A DNA stretch of 64,000 nt, taken from assembly GCA_030248215.1 (NCBI GenBank), contig JASANG010001546.1:124001-188000 (forward strand). The letters are read 5' to 3'. A program made the position numbers and the translations under genes. Every line of letters starts with the position of its first letter. Position 1 is the first letter of the stretch. Of this stretch, positions 51,901 to 63,855 are shown one piece after another. This DNA comes from Enoplolaimus lenunculus. Lineage: Eukaryota. Below the pieces are notes generated by a model. It saw only the letters and a program-made list of their open reading frames with translations. It was not told the DNA's origin and searched no databases.

Positions 51901-54900
51901 TTGTTAGCATACTCCTAAGCCTAAGCCAAAGCCTAAGGCCAACTCCTAAAAAGTAAGGATGAGCCTATGCCTAAGCTCAAGCCTAAACCTAAGCCTAAGC
52001 GTAAGCCTAAGCCTATGTCTAATCTTAAGAATGAGAATATTCCTAAGCTTAAGCCTACGCGCCTAAGCTTAAGCAAAGCAAAAAAATAGGCTAAAGCTTA
52101 AGCTTACTCTATTGCAGTCCCACAGAAAAACGTTCCGCCCCTGATCTTTACATGGGCCAAATTAACTAAAAAATTAAAAAAACATTTCAGTGTAAATATT
52201 GTAACCAGGGATCCGATTTAAAACCTTTCATTTTGTTTTCTTTATTTCTTTAATTCTTTGTGATATGTGTTTTTTTTGTTATTTGGTTTCATTTGGTTCA
52301 TTCTTTGTTTCCAATTTTTTAATTATTCTTTTTGTTTTTGTTGTTTTATTTGTTCCTTTTATTTTTTTATTCTTCATATATTTTCTCATGTTTCTACTGT
52401 GTTTAACCAAATTTTATTCTTTTTTTTAGACAGCTCGAGCAAGAGTGATACCTGTGACGTTTAATCAAGTCAATCTGATAATAGATCATGGTTGTACGTA
52501 CACAATTGAGGTAAGTAACTTATTTTACGTTGGTGCTTAAAAATGTTCGTCTAAAAATTATTATGCAGCGCCATGCGGCAATTAACATGCGTCGACGTAC
52601 GGTGCTAGTCCGCAGCTGGACGACATTAAAACAGTCCAAAAATATATCGTCACTGTCAATCCATAGGATTGCGCTATACTTGTCGTACGGCGCCGGCCGT
52701 CACCCGTCCAATACCGTCCGTCATTCGTACGGATGCCGTCCGTAATCCGTACGGCGCTGTGCGTTACCGTGCGGTATTATGAGTTAATTACTCCCGTACG
52801 ATACCGTATGGTTACGCACGATGATGGACGGTGACGCACAGTGGCGGACGGTGACGGACGGAGTCGTGCCGGCGACAGACGGTGCCGTACGGCATTAAAA
52901 TATTTAAAAAAGTATAACGCAGCCCTAAAGTTTTGCTTAAGTCGCAAAATATTGATGAGGTCAAATCTCTTGCATTTGATTGGTCAACGTGGGTATTTCA
53001 AGTATTATTTCATTTTGAACTGGAATTGTACTAAATAAATTATAATCCAGCATTCACCGTGTTTTAATTTCAATTAAGCCCTCTTCACACGTGCAAGTTT
53101 TTGCTGCGAGAACTTGCAGCTGCAAATTGCACGCATAACTTGCATTTTGTTCATCAGCCAATGAGAAAGCGGATGCAATAAATTCATTAAACTTGCACGG
53201 TTATTCACACATGTGAACTAAATTCCTAGCTATGATTTTTAATGAATTATTTGCAGCTGCAAGTTTTTCGAACGGGATTTTGGACAAAACTTGCTAGTGC
53301 GAGCTGTAGCTAAAAGTTCTCGCAGCAAAAACTTGCATGTCTGAATAGGGGTTTATACTTAATATAATTTTTAAATTTTTTTAGATGCATTCCAAGCCAT
53401 ACCCCTACCGACAACCAGAGTACACAGCGTCTTTGATGTTTACCGTTCCAGAATGTATTAATCAGTATTGTGATTGTCACAGTAAGTTTGGCATAATTTG
53501 TCTTCCGGAAACCACTGATGCTGATCACAAATTGTGCTCAATTTCGGTGTTGAAATTTTGCATATTTTGACAAAATTTAATTCATTTAGTGAGTTTGAAT
53601 TTAACTTTTGTACAATTTTAAGAAAAAAATTACCGCGTATAAAATAAGCGTAACACCAAAACATTTACCGACACCTTACAGATATTTGCTAAAATTTAGC
53701 AAATTACACACTGTTACGGCCCTGTTCTATAGATTGCGCGATAAATGTTTGTCTAATCTAAGGATACGAACTATTTTAGATCAATCACCGATTCCGACGC
53801 CGAAAAATATTCAAATTGAAACGTTTTGGAATGCAAAACGCGAAAGTTATTCGGCCCGGATTCAATGGTCATATCGATTTTTGAAAATGCAGTCTGAAAA
53901 ACGAGTCGATTTCTATTTGACGGTCGCTAGTTTAAATAAGGTAAAAGTAAAAAATAAACGCTTCAAGTTGCGAGCAGTTTTAAGCTGGACCACCGTTCTG
54001 AAAATTCGTAAAAAAATTTTAAAATATTGAGAATTTTTTGTTTCAATTTAAGACAAATATATTTTAATATATTGGAGAAATTTTTTTGTTTCAATTTAAG
54101 TCATAATAAATTTTAAAATATTGAGAATTTTTTGTTTTAATTTAAAGACAAATAAATTTTAAAATATTGAGAAATTTTTTTGTTTCAATTTAAGACAAAT
54201 AAATTTTAAAATATTGAGAATTTTTTGTTTCAATATAAAGACAAATAAAGTTTAAAATATTGACAAATTTTTTTGTTTCAATTTAAGTCATAATAAAGTT
54301 TAAAATATTGAGAATTTTTTGTTTCAATTTAAGACAAATAAATTATAAAATATTGAGAAACTTTTTTTGTTTCAATTTAAGACAAATTTTAATTTTTGAA
54401 ATTTAAGTTGGTCGATTTTGTACTTTTTACTGCTGGCAATGTTACCTTAACGCACAGAATTCGCTAAGTGGTCAATTGACAATTTGGCGAAATCTACTGA
54501 GTCTTATCTTACGAAGTGAAAAATTTCACAAACGGACTGTAGTGCCTGTTTGCAACTTAGGATTAGCAAGAGTGGATGATCACAAGAATGTACCACTCGC
54601 TACGTAGTGTGTGGTACAAAATATACGCTTACTGGTTATGTTTTTTGTTCTAATCCGTTTATTTAGGGCCTTATAGGGATCAATTTTACATCAATCACAC
54701 GTTAAATTTTATTAAAAATAACGAACTACTTTTTGGTGGGCCAATGTTACTTTTAATGGCGTAACAGTAGATTAGGCATATTCCTAAGCCCAAGCCTAAG
54801 CTTAAACGTTGCAAAAATGTGTTCCTAAGTCTAAGCCTAAGCAAAAAATGTAATCTAGAATATAAATCTGCTCTTTTATAGACCCAAAAGAAACATGAAC

Positions 54901-57900
54901 GCCCCTTAAAGTAACATGGGCCTTTCGGTGCGTACAACACAATATGAATGTCAGCCTCTGAACGTTTTAACCCACTAAGGCCGGGTGGAAGCAATACACA
55001 ACGTGCGCCGGGTTCATTCTTTTCCACACAGAATATATTCAGTTGCATAGTCTTATTAAAAGAGTATCATGCACTTGAGGCACGTAAATAAGCGTAGAAT
55101 ATCAAATATTCCTAGAAAGCCGAAGGCAATCATTTGACAACATTAAAAGGAAACAACAGTATATATTTTGCAGGGTTCCAACCGGAACTAGATTTGGTCG
55201 GAAGCGAAATCGAAATGGGAATCAAATTTTTCTGTCGGAACCGGAAACGGAATCGAAATGGGAATCAAGTTTTAGTAATTCTATTAAAAAGTTAAAGAAG
55301 GATGACTTAACTTTTGTTGCAGTATGCCTGTTTCCGTAAACTGTTCACAGTTTCAGTAAAAATTGTTTATATATCTGACAGAATACACGTAACCACTCGG
55401 AATATTTACAAAGAAAAAACCAACAGAATAATTGCAAATGAACGAAACAAAACGAAACAAGCAAAATCTAAGTTCAATCATCTTAAAAACTCATAACCGA
55501 AAAATCAGGATTCCGGTCGAGCAGCAGTCGGTCGGAATCGGAATTTGAAGTTAAATTTTGCCGGAATTTTAGCCGGAATCGAAATTCCGATGGAACCCTG
55601 TGTGGTTACCGTACCAGATTTGCCATAATGCTAATATGGTTAGCCACGCATGCCGGTGGCCAGCTCATCTTGCTAGGGAGGCTAAAAATATTTCAGAAGG
55701 GGCATTTAAAGGTTTTCAATGACTTACAAGCAAGACTGAAAATATGCTAGGGTGGCTAAAATTGTTCCGGGTGAGGGCTGAGACCCCTGGCCCCTCCTTG
55801 GCTACGGGTTCGTAGCCACGGCACCGATTATTACAGTGACTCTACTGCAACAACGGTAGCTGACTGGTTCCATCTAATGACCTGAATGACTGCGGTGACC
55901 TGGGCCAATGTAAAGAACAGGGACGGAACAGTATTATAAGCATATTCCTATGCCTAAGAGTAAGCCTAAGTCTAGGCCTAAGCCTAAGCCTAAGCCTAAG
56001 TGTAAGAATGAGCATATTCCTAAGTCTAAGCCTAAGCCAAGCAAAAAACTTAGTACATATCTTAAGCTTCCTCTATTGCAGTCACATAGAAAAACGTTCC
56101 GCCCTTGATCTTTACATGGGCCGAATTCTGATCTGCTTCATTCCTACATGAAAAATAGACGCCAGTGTAAAGTAAACAAAATCCAAACGTTGGATGTAAA
56201 ATTTTACTTTTTCGTCGTGACACCTATTTTTAGCTTGCAATTTGAAATTTCAAACATAGATTAATAATGTTTAGGCCACAAACAGCATGATGATTTGACC
56301 ACCTATGGCCACTGGGACTCACCGGAGAATTCTGGTGTTTCTAGTGTAAAAATGTGAATTTTGGCAATTTCAACTAAAGTTTCATACAATATCGTTGCAT
56401 GCGTGTATATTTTAAATTAATATTTTGAATTTAAATTTTTTTACCTTTTTATTTTTAATTGTGTCATAATTAAACAATATTTTGTTTACTTTTTTAGGCA
56501 TTTCAATTACTGCATCCAAGATTACAACAGAAAATATTTACAAACGCAATTCCTTACCGTGAACCGATTAAAGGAACTGAGGTAAGCGTATTTTAAGTAT
56601 TTTATTTATTTTATTTAAATACTGTTTATTTTAAGAAAAAAGCTGAAATATGCTATATATTAGATATTCTAGTCTTTTTCCTAACCTCCCAAACGTAGAA
56701 GACTAGCCACTGAAGGACAATGTCCGCTATAGTCCACAAATAATTTTGAATCAAATTAGCTGTATTTTAAGTAGAAATTTATTATTTTAAAATTATAATC
56801 AGTAGGAATTTAAAAATTTCTAACTCAACGCGGACGTGCGATAATTACTGTGAATAAAAAGTTATCGATCGAGAAAATAAACAGATTTTTAGTCGTAAAT
56901 TTAAGTGCAAAATTTACGGTATTTATCCCAGTTTGGAAATAATATGGCTTAGATGCGTTTTTTTCGTATCCGCCAGTGATTGTAATGTTTTTTTAATTTT
57001 ATGGTCAAATATTAATAACATGAAAATAAAAATTATATTTTTTGTTTATTTTTAGAAACAACGTCACTATGAAGTGGTATGGGATAATTTGGTTCTTGGT
57101 GACGAGCATAAACTAAGGGTAAGTCTTTTTTGACTGCTTGCGTTACATTGCAATATTTGTCTTAAATTTTTGCATATCTAAGGGTTGCGCTATACGTTTT
57201 CTGACGTGCGGTGCCGTCCGTCACCGTGCGGTATCGTACGCAAATATCTCACGTACGATAACGTTGTGGTGACGGACAATGACGGACGCCGCCGTACGGG
57301 TGACGGACGGCGCCGTACGGGTGACGGACGGCACCGTACGGGTGACGCACGGTGACGGACGGCACCATACGGGTGACGCACGGTGACGGACGGCGCCGTA
57401 CGGGTGACGCACGGTGGCGGACGGCGCAGTACGGGTGACGCACGGTGACGGACGGCGCCGTACGGGTGACGCACGGTGGGGGACGGCGCAGTACGGGTGA
57501 CGCACGGTGGCGGACGGCGCAGTACGGGTGACGCACGGTGACGGACGGCGCAGTACGGGTGACGCACGGTGACGGACGGCGCTGGACGGTGACGGATGGT
57601 ACCGTACACGTGAAAGACGACGAAAGGCGGGTGACCTACGGCACCGGACGTCAAGTATAGAGCAACCCTGTGTGCGTTATTGATTATATACCATTCTGTG
57701 GTTTAACTCTTGTTCCCATCGTATAAAATTTTGCAATTTATTTTCAGATTTTTGCTGTCAGTCCACAAATCTGTTCAAGTCCTGATGTTGAACAAATTTT
57801 CATTGTTACAGGTACGGTTAGAATATCATCGCAGGGTTTCGATTGGGTTTTGTACCATTGTCTCTTCAAATTTAAGGTTAACGCGCAGACTTAGTCTCAC

Positions 57901-60900
57901 GCTTTAGCCTTAGATAACGATTTCATTTAAGACTTTAGATTTAGGCTTTAGGTTTAGGTAAGCTGTTTATGAAATCTAATCCTACGCCTACGCCTATGAA
58001 CCTGTGGGGGTGAAGTGTACAATAGTTTTACGTGTAATTAGTTTTGAATTGCACCCTGTAATATTTTGAACTAAAATTTAAAAGTGAATAATTTAAGCTT
58101 TTCAACGCTATATATGGCCAATTAAATTATATGATACGAAACAGGTGTTCAGGGCACGACATATGTGCAAATTCTACTGATAATTTTTTTTAAACTTTAA
58201 TAAAATTTCATTTCAGATGACCGTAAACCATCTACAGTACCCATTTTAGTGCCACCAAAATCAATAACATTGAATCCTACCATCCTAAATAGCTATCAGA
58301 CAACTCCAGGTCCTCGCACAAACCACACTTCAAATGGATCAAACGAATCAAAAACGCCTTCAAGTACGGATCGCGGATCCGAAAACAATACGTCCGTTTC
58401 TGGGGTGGAACAACTGGCAACGAAAGAGACCCCTATTACCCGTCATGGTGATCCTTCTAATTCTGGTTACCAGGGTAAGTTAGAATTGTGAGGATCCAAG
58501 ACAAGAAAAGGGATTGTCAGTTGCGTATGGCAATGGCTCTTAAACCCCATTGACACGTGCAAGTTTTGCAGCGAGAAGTCGCAGCTGCAACTTGTACGAA
58601 ATACTTGCAGCTGCAAGGATTTTCAAACGAACATTCCGATTGACCAATCATACTGCAGATGCAAGATTCAAGCGACTTGCAACTGCGTTCACAGGTGTGA
58701 ATTAAATTCAGTAGCATAAATTCCAGTGAATAATTTGCAGATGCGAGAACTTCAAAGTTACTTTTTGACCAAACTTGCACATGCAAGTGGCACGTGCAAG
58801 GTTTTGCTGCAAAAACTTGCATATATTTAAAGAATTATTCAAAAATAAAACGAGTACATGCACTAACGGGCTGTATACTCTCCGAATTAGGGGGTCATCC
58901 AGGCCAAGCCCCCCATCCCCTCAACACGGATCAAAACCAAATTTTGTGTTAAAAATTTCGTATTAAAATTGCGTTTGGCTTCTTGCTCACTTTGCTTGTG
59001 ATCTTTTTCACTATTATGTCCTGTGCAGCCTATTTTTGGCAATTTCTGGTTCAGCTACTGGTTCTACCGATTTCCAGAATCTTATTCTTACGGCAACGAA
59101 TTTTGAAATCACTCGTTTTAAACGGTCATATTTCTTGTTGTGCCAGACAAAAATTTAAAATTTAAAATATTTATCACTGTTTCGTTTCATAAAATAATTA
59201 AAAGGCTGTCTAAAGTCAGACCAAACAGATCAAGTTACATTCAAAATCCTTTGATACGAACCGCTTGTAATGTATTGTTTGGCTACTGGCTTGTTTACAA
59301 GGGTATCGTTAATATTAATACAATTCTAAGTAGTTTCCGGTTGCTAACCCGGGTCTCGCGGTGGGGCGGCTACAAATAAAGCCAAAGGATCCACATTGAC
59401 ACCAACACAATTAAGGCAACACGAGGCTGCCCATTTGTGTCAGGGCATGGCACATTGGATCCGCGATTGATGTTTAATAATTTTGGCCCATGTAAAGATC
59501 AGGGCCGGAACGTTTTTCTGTGGACTGCAATAGAGTAAGCTTAAACTTTAACTAATTTTTTGCTTGGCTTAGGCGTAGGCTTAGGAATATGCTTAGCACT
59601 GTTCCACCCCTGTTATTTACATTGGCCATAATTTGCAAGGATGTCTTTGAAGAAAGTTCTGAGAAACTTTACCCCACCAGATGAAAAGCGTCTTGCACGA
59701 TTCGACCTCTGCTCCAGCCATAGGGGCGAACTGTCGTTTGTATGACCTAAGGGTATAAATTAAAGTTGTGCACCCCCTGATGAATTGAAATACTCAAGCG
59801 GAGAAAACGTCCAATTGGGCGACAAAGAAATCTGTATGCTTAGAATTGAACGGATATAATTGGACATCGTTTTTTATAAATTTTCTGACCAATAAAATAG
59901 CTTCATACAAAGCACTCATCCAGTTTCACTGAGGCAGCCATAAATGCGCCTATCCAATTGCGCAGATGCCGAACTTTGTTAGAAGCTGATTTGTAATGTT
60001 TTCTTAATATTAACCGCTTCTCACATACAGTTGACTATGGGCAACTCAGCGCAGTGTATATACGTTAAATAATATATATCGCACAGAGTTTAACAATTGC
60101 AACACGTGCACATAGCACTAAATTACCACATAAAAGTAGGTCTCAGCTGAAATAGAAAATATTCATGTGATAAAGGGTTAAATCTGTGTGTATTTATATT
60201 TCAGTTCATACTGCAAATCACAGGGGTCGTCACAACGATTATTTGTGGATATTTTTACCGATCATTTTTTTACTTTCCCTCGTCATCGTTGCGTTTGCGA
60301 TCTATCGTTTGTACACTTTGCGTGGTGAAAAGTTGAAACAAAAGAAAGCCTACTTAGACCGGTTGTCTGCGATGCCATGGACCGTCTCGAGGACTATGGA
60401 GTACGTCAACCAGGAGGCACGAGATCTAAATCAAGGGGACACAAGATCTAAGTCAAGGGCGCACGAGATTTAAGTCAAGGGGGCGCAAGAACTAAGTCAA
60501 GCGGGGGCGCGAGAACTTAGTCAAGTTTGGCACAAGATTTAAGTCAAGGGGGCGCAAGAACTAAGTCAATGAGGGGACGCAAGAACTAAGTCAATGGGGG
60601 CACAAGAACTATAGAGTAAGTCACGGGGGGTAGGGCTATTTTGAAATTTTTAGAAAACTGTATTGTAATACTTAGGTTTCAAAATCAGTACTTAAGGGTA
60701 CGGTATGTGGGTATTTGGCGTCATTCCTTTAGGTAACGTTAGCAAATGCTTTATTTTAAATTTTTTTTGCATATTTGAGCTTCTCATCAGCGTTGCTAAT
60801 CATTTCACACTCAAATTTAAACTTTGAAAATATTCGATTTTCCGAAATCTCAACTTAAATATTTTTTAAAATTTCAAATATGGGTTTGAAATGCTTTAGA

Positions 60901-63083
60901 TTAACAGGAGTCGCTAATTTTTTAAAGTCTATCCAGTGCTCGAATTGTCAAGTATGAGTAGCTTCTATTACCAGTTGATGATAGGTCTTGTAATTTTTGA
61001 ATCAATAAATGTTGAGTTGCCAAATTTAGCAAGCATTTCAGATGTGATCTGACTTTAATTGTGTGCCAATTTTGAGATCAGTAACTGCAACAGCTCTTCA
61101 GGTTGGAAATCTATAATTCGGTGATGGATGCTATACATATTTGAGAATATAGGCATAGAAGCGTAGTCATGATTTTACTGCAGGATGGTGTACTCTGAGA
61201 CAATTTTGGGTCCGAACGAATCCAGCATGCTTATTCTAGTGTGTATTCTTCATCGTTTTTTGAAGGGTTTGGGTTATTGTGGTGGGTATATATTCCTATA
61301 TCCTTTATCTTTGACCCGGAACCATATATCAGTATTAAGCAAACAACCGTTTCTCAGATTTGCTATGCGCCGTTGTTGTACACTTACCGGCTCACGATTA
61401 ACGTCATGCCTTAGGATTAGGCTAGGCGACCAATGTGTAGAACAGGGCCGTAATAGTAGTATAAGCGTATCCCGAAGCCAAAGCGTAACAATGAGCGTAT
61501 ATATAAGCTTAAACCTAAGCCTAAGCTAAAAATCAGTGTAAAGCTTAAGCTTACTCTATTGCTATCCCGCAGAATATCGTTCCGCCCCTGATTGTTACAT
61601 GAGCCGGCTATGCTTAAAAAAGCATCATTCAAACGCTTAGACCTTACGCTTGGATATGCTTATTCAACAAACCTAAGCCTAAGCTCGGGCCTACCGAGAC
61701 TAATCCTAAACCTAAACATAAATGTGCACGAAAAGTGTGCAAGAACCGGTTGCTGAGATTTAATAACATAAGTTGAAACGGGAGTCGCTTACCTTTACCC
61801 CCGTGTGCCCGTTATGGCTACGAGACCGGAAGTAGCAAATTTTGTGTCATTTCAGTGTTCCGGCAACATCCGAACAAACAATGGAAACCAACATTTTGTA
61901 CCGGGAGAAAGAAATTGTCGACGCCCTTGCGCGTGGCTTAGTGGACGAATACGAGCTCGCCTACGATCGTATTACCTTAGGTGAGCGGACCCATATCCAA
62001 AGACGGGCCAGGGTGACTCAGCTTACTGGGAAAATTTTGACTCACCCTAGAAAATTTAAACATTGATTATACGTCATCGAAAAAACCCTTGTATGCCCCT
62101 CCTAAATGAGGTCCATCAAGCAAGATGAGCTGGTCAGCGGAAACACAACGGCAGATTTACTGGACGCTATCCGTAGTGATGGGCATCCTTCAATCCACCG
62201 TTGCATTGACCAAAACGATTTTCAATCAATTAGGGATCTGTTTCCAGTCTGACCAGCGTCCATCACGTGTATACGTCAAAGGATCCATTTTGGTCCCGTT
62301 GATCCGTGATGTTGTGAACTTTCGTGTCTTTTCTGGATCCGATCCTGGATATGAACAATGACGACGGATCGCGACAGCTTCCCAATTTGGTTTTTGGCAA
62401 AATTTTTAAAATTCTCAACACGTATCAATGTACCATTAAGTCGCGGATCAGGAAGGTTATCCCAAGTGGTCGATTAAGGACGCTTTTTTTATTCAAGTGT
62501 CAGGGACATATTTATGGCTTGCGATAGGGACAAATAAACATTTAAAGACTTTACTGTCAGAAACGCACTTACAGATATTATACTCTCCGTCCCGAAATGG
62601 AATTTTGGCTGCGCATTTGACAGTAGTGTTTTACTTTGATACTTTACGAGGGTAACAACCGGAGGTGAAAAATATCAGAATGGAAAATTGGAAAACTTTG
62701 CCAGATCCGGAGATTATTTTCGGCCGAATCAGGAGGCGGCACGCCTTTGTTTTCGCTCTGCTGATTACAGCGGCGGATACAATAAATTTCTGTAAGGATG
62801 ACAAGATACAATCGTGGAAAGTAAGTCGAGAGCAAACGACAATCCGAACGCCATTTTAGTGTTGAACCGTAAATACAAAATTTTGGTTTTGATTGCTGTT
62901 TGGGGGGTTAGGCCGGGGTGGCCCTTGGATCCGCCAATGGCTGGCTGCGCTTATTTGAAATGTTTCTTAATTGTTTAGGCCGCATTATTGGTCAAGGTGC
63001 GTTTGGTCTTGTATTCTTGGGTCGCGCAGAATCGATCAGCGGTGTCGCTGGAAGTATCACAGTCGCAGTTAAGCAGCTTAAAT
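47873..63083 (+). CDS. Receptor tyrosine kinase with Cys-rich N-terminus and two FN3-like domains (FGFR/RET/Torso-like kinase), 3'-incomplete; exons 47873-48028, 49887-49974, 50676-50783, 51686-51777, 52430-52510, 53385-53481, 53780-53940, 56498-56581, 57056-57118, 57748-57811, 58217-58474, 60205-60361, 61856-61980, 62979-63083
   Basis: 14 GT-AG exons chain in phase. The protein shows a signal-peptide-like MTSSSAVSCLLFAGWFATIIRVCLT, CNATC..DCFRSC, FN3-like PPRNLTV...AQIKWDAEP and PTPKNIQI...SARIQW, an S/T-rich stalk and a TM segment LWIFLPIIFLLSLVIVAFAIY. These are followed by DEYELAYDRITLGRIIGQGAFGLVFLG...TVAVKQLK (kinase subdomains I-II). Confidence 0.88.
48881..48912. repeat. (AAT)n microsatellite
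   Basis: Direct reading. Confidence 0.95.
50245..50627. mobile_element. Palindromic MITE-like element
   Basis: tcgtagcccaagtcgtaatttagc ... gctaaattacgacttgggttacga; long imperfect inverted repeat. Confidence 0.75.
51233..51548. mobile_element. TTAA-flanked MITE (CAAGAGTGGATG family); relatives at about 45359-45678, 50975-51230, 54565-55065
   Basis: ttaa|agcaagagtggatg...aagagtatacaact ... agttgtgcactcttg...ttcttggt|ttaa. Confidence 0.72.
51870..52158. mobile_element. TTAGGC-array MITE family A (long-array copy)
   Basis: TIR ggccagtgtaaggaacaggggcggaac / gttccgcccctgatctttacatgggcc enclosing many gcctaa hexamers. Confidence 0.88.
52664..52927. mobile_element. Related MITE without the expanded array
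   Basis: taggattgcgctatact / agtataacgcagcccta; same gacggac/ccgtacgg motifs. Confidence 0.75.
53077..53352. mobile_element. Harbinger/Tourist-like MITE with TTGCAGCTGCAAG repeats (relatives at about 16585-17255, 17450-17890, 58543-58825)
   Basis: agccctcttcacacgtgcaagtttttgctgcgagaac / gttctcgcagcaaaaacttgcatgtctgaataggggt, flanked by TTA on both sides. Confidence 0.82.
54014..54390. repeat. AT-rich minisatellite, about 45-47-bp unit, about 8 copies
   Basis: aaattttaaaatattgagaattttttgtttcaatttaagacaaat repeated in tandem. Confidence 0.92.
54739..54922. mobile_element. TTAGGC-array MITE subfamily A2, nested within a CAAGAGTGGATG-family element (about 54565-55065)
   Basis: ggccaatgttacttttaatggcg ... 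cgccccttaaagtaacatgggcc. Confidence 0.8.
55171..55600. mobile_element. hAT-like MITE (CAGGGTTCCA TIR, CGGAAT arrays)
   Basis: cagggttccaaccggaa ... ttccgatggaaccctg; TSD not evident. Confidence 0.75.
55903..56122. mobile_element. TTAGGC-array MITE family A
   Basis: ggccaatgtaaagaacagggacggaac ... (gcctaa)n ... gttccgcccttgatctttacatgggcc. Confidence 0.9.
57181..57670. mobile_element. MITE (AGGGTTGCGCTATAC TIR) containing an expanded GC-rich 31/21-bp minisatellite
   Basis: agggttgcgctatac / gtatagagcaaccctg; interior (GGTGACGCACGGTGACGGACGGCGCCGTACG)n at about 57270-57600. Confidence 0.82.
59485..59627. mobile_element. TTAGGC-array MITE family A (short-array copy)
   Basis: ggcccatgtaaagatcagggccggaac ... 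ggcttaggcgtaggcttagg ... tttacattggcc. Confidence 0.88.
60410..60630. repeat. Minisatellite, about 21-24-bp unit (AAGTCAAGGGGCACAAGATCT-like)
   Basis: Tandem degenerate copies just downstream of the RTK TM exon. Confidence 0.85.
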
Positions 63084-63821
63084 GTAAGTTTTAATATCTA
63101 TATTATTAAAGCTAGAACGCCACAATATGTATTTTGGGCAACTTTCCAGCGTTACTTTGTTTACAACATTTTCTCCGAACGAAGCGTGCTTTTTCAGTGG
63201 AATGAAAATTTGCATGCACATTTTTGTGGGTTCGTTAACTTTTGTACGTTGTGCAAACCTGGCTGACTATAATTCTTTAAAATAATTTTTGCTTCCTATT
63301 TTGGCATGAAAGAAAAGTTCGATGACAATTCAAACGACCCCAGATATTCAAAGCGTAGTTCAAAATATTATAGATCATCAATCCGCGCTATAGTAAAAAT
63401 TTGTCCAACCACCCGGTAGGGATCTGTGTACAAATAAAAGTTGCAACTAGCGTGTAGGTACAATTTCTTGAGGTACGTAGACGCTATTAATTGTCCCGAC
63501 TCACTAAGACATTTTTTGCAGTAGCGCGTGCAGTATAACGTGGATGTCCCATTAGTTCCAAATGTAACAATTTCAATATATTTTTTGGTCACCTCAGTCC
63601 AAATGTGAATTTGCTGATCCTGAAAGAAACTTGCAAATGCCATCAGATATTGTTACTAAGCGAGCTTGAAGCTCGTTTATTGCTAACCTTGATGGAATTA
63701 TGGTATTCCATGTTAGGTACCTGTCCACTAAAAGAGAACAAAGTCTGAGAAGCTAAGGTTTAGGCTTAGGTTTAGGTTAGTCTTAAACATACCATACAGT
63801 AAAACATTCGCCATTATTTTT

Positions 63822-63822
<1 letters not shown>

Positions 63823-63853
<31 letters not shown>
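63823..63853. repeat. (TTG)n microsatellite
   Basis: Direct reading. Confidence 0.95.

Positions 63854-63855
<2 letters not shown>

Noticed and set aside
51910..52085. TTAGGC runs as a true telomere or chromosome fusion scar
   Set aside because: Short, degenerate, enclosed by TIRs and inside introns of an intact gene.
54014..54390. Regularly spaced repeats (also 60410-60630) as a CRISPR array
   Set aside because: Units are contiguous with no unique spacers; eukaryotic intron; no cas genes.
57190..57654. Repetitive ORFs (VRHPYGAVRHRASP...) open in three frames
   Set aside because: Artefact of a stop-free GC-rich minisatellite.
63368..63643. 91-aa minus-strand ORF inside the RTK intron
   Set aside because: No recognisable motif or splice context; could be decayed TE or chance.
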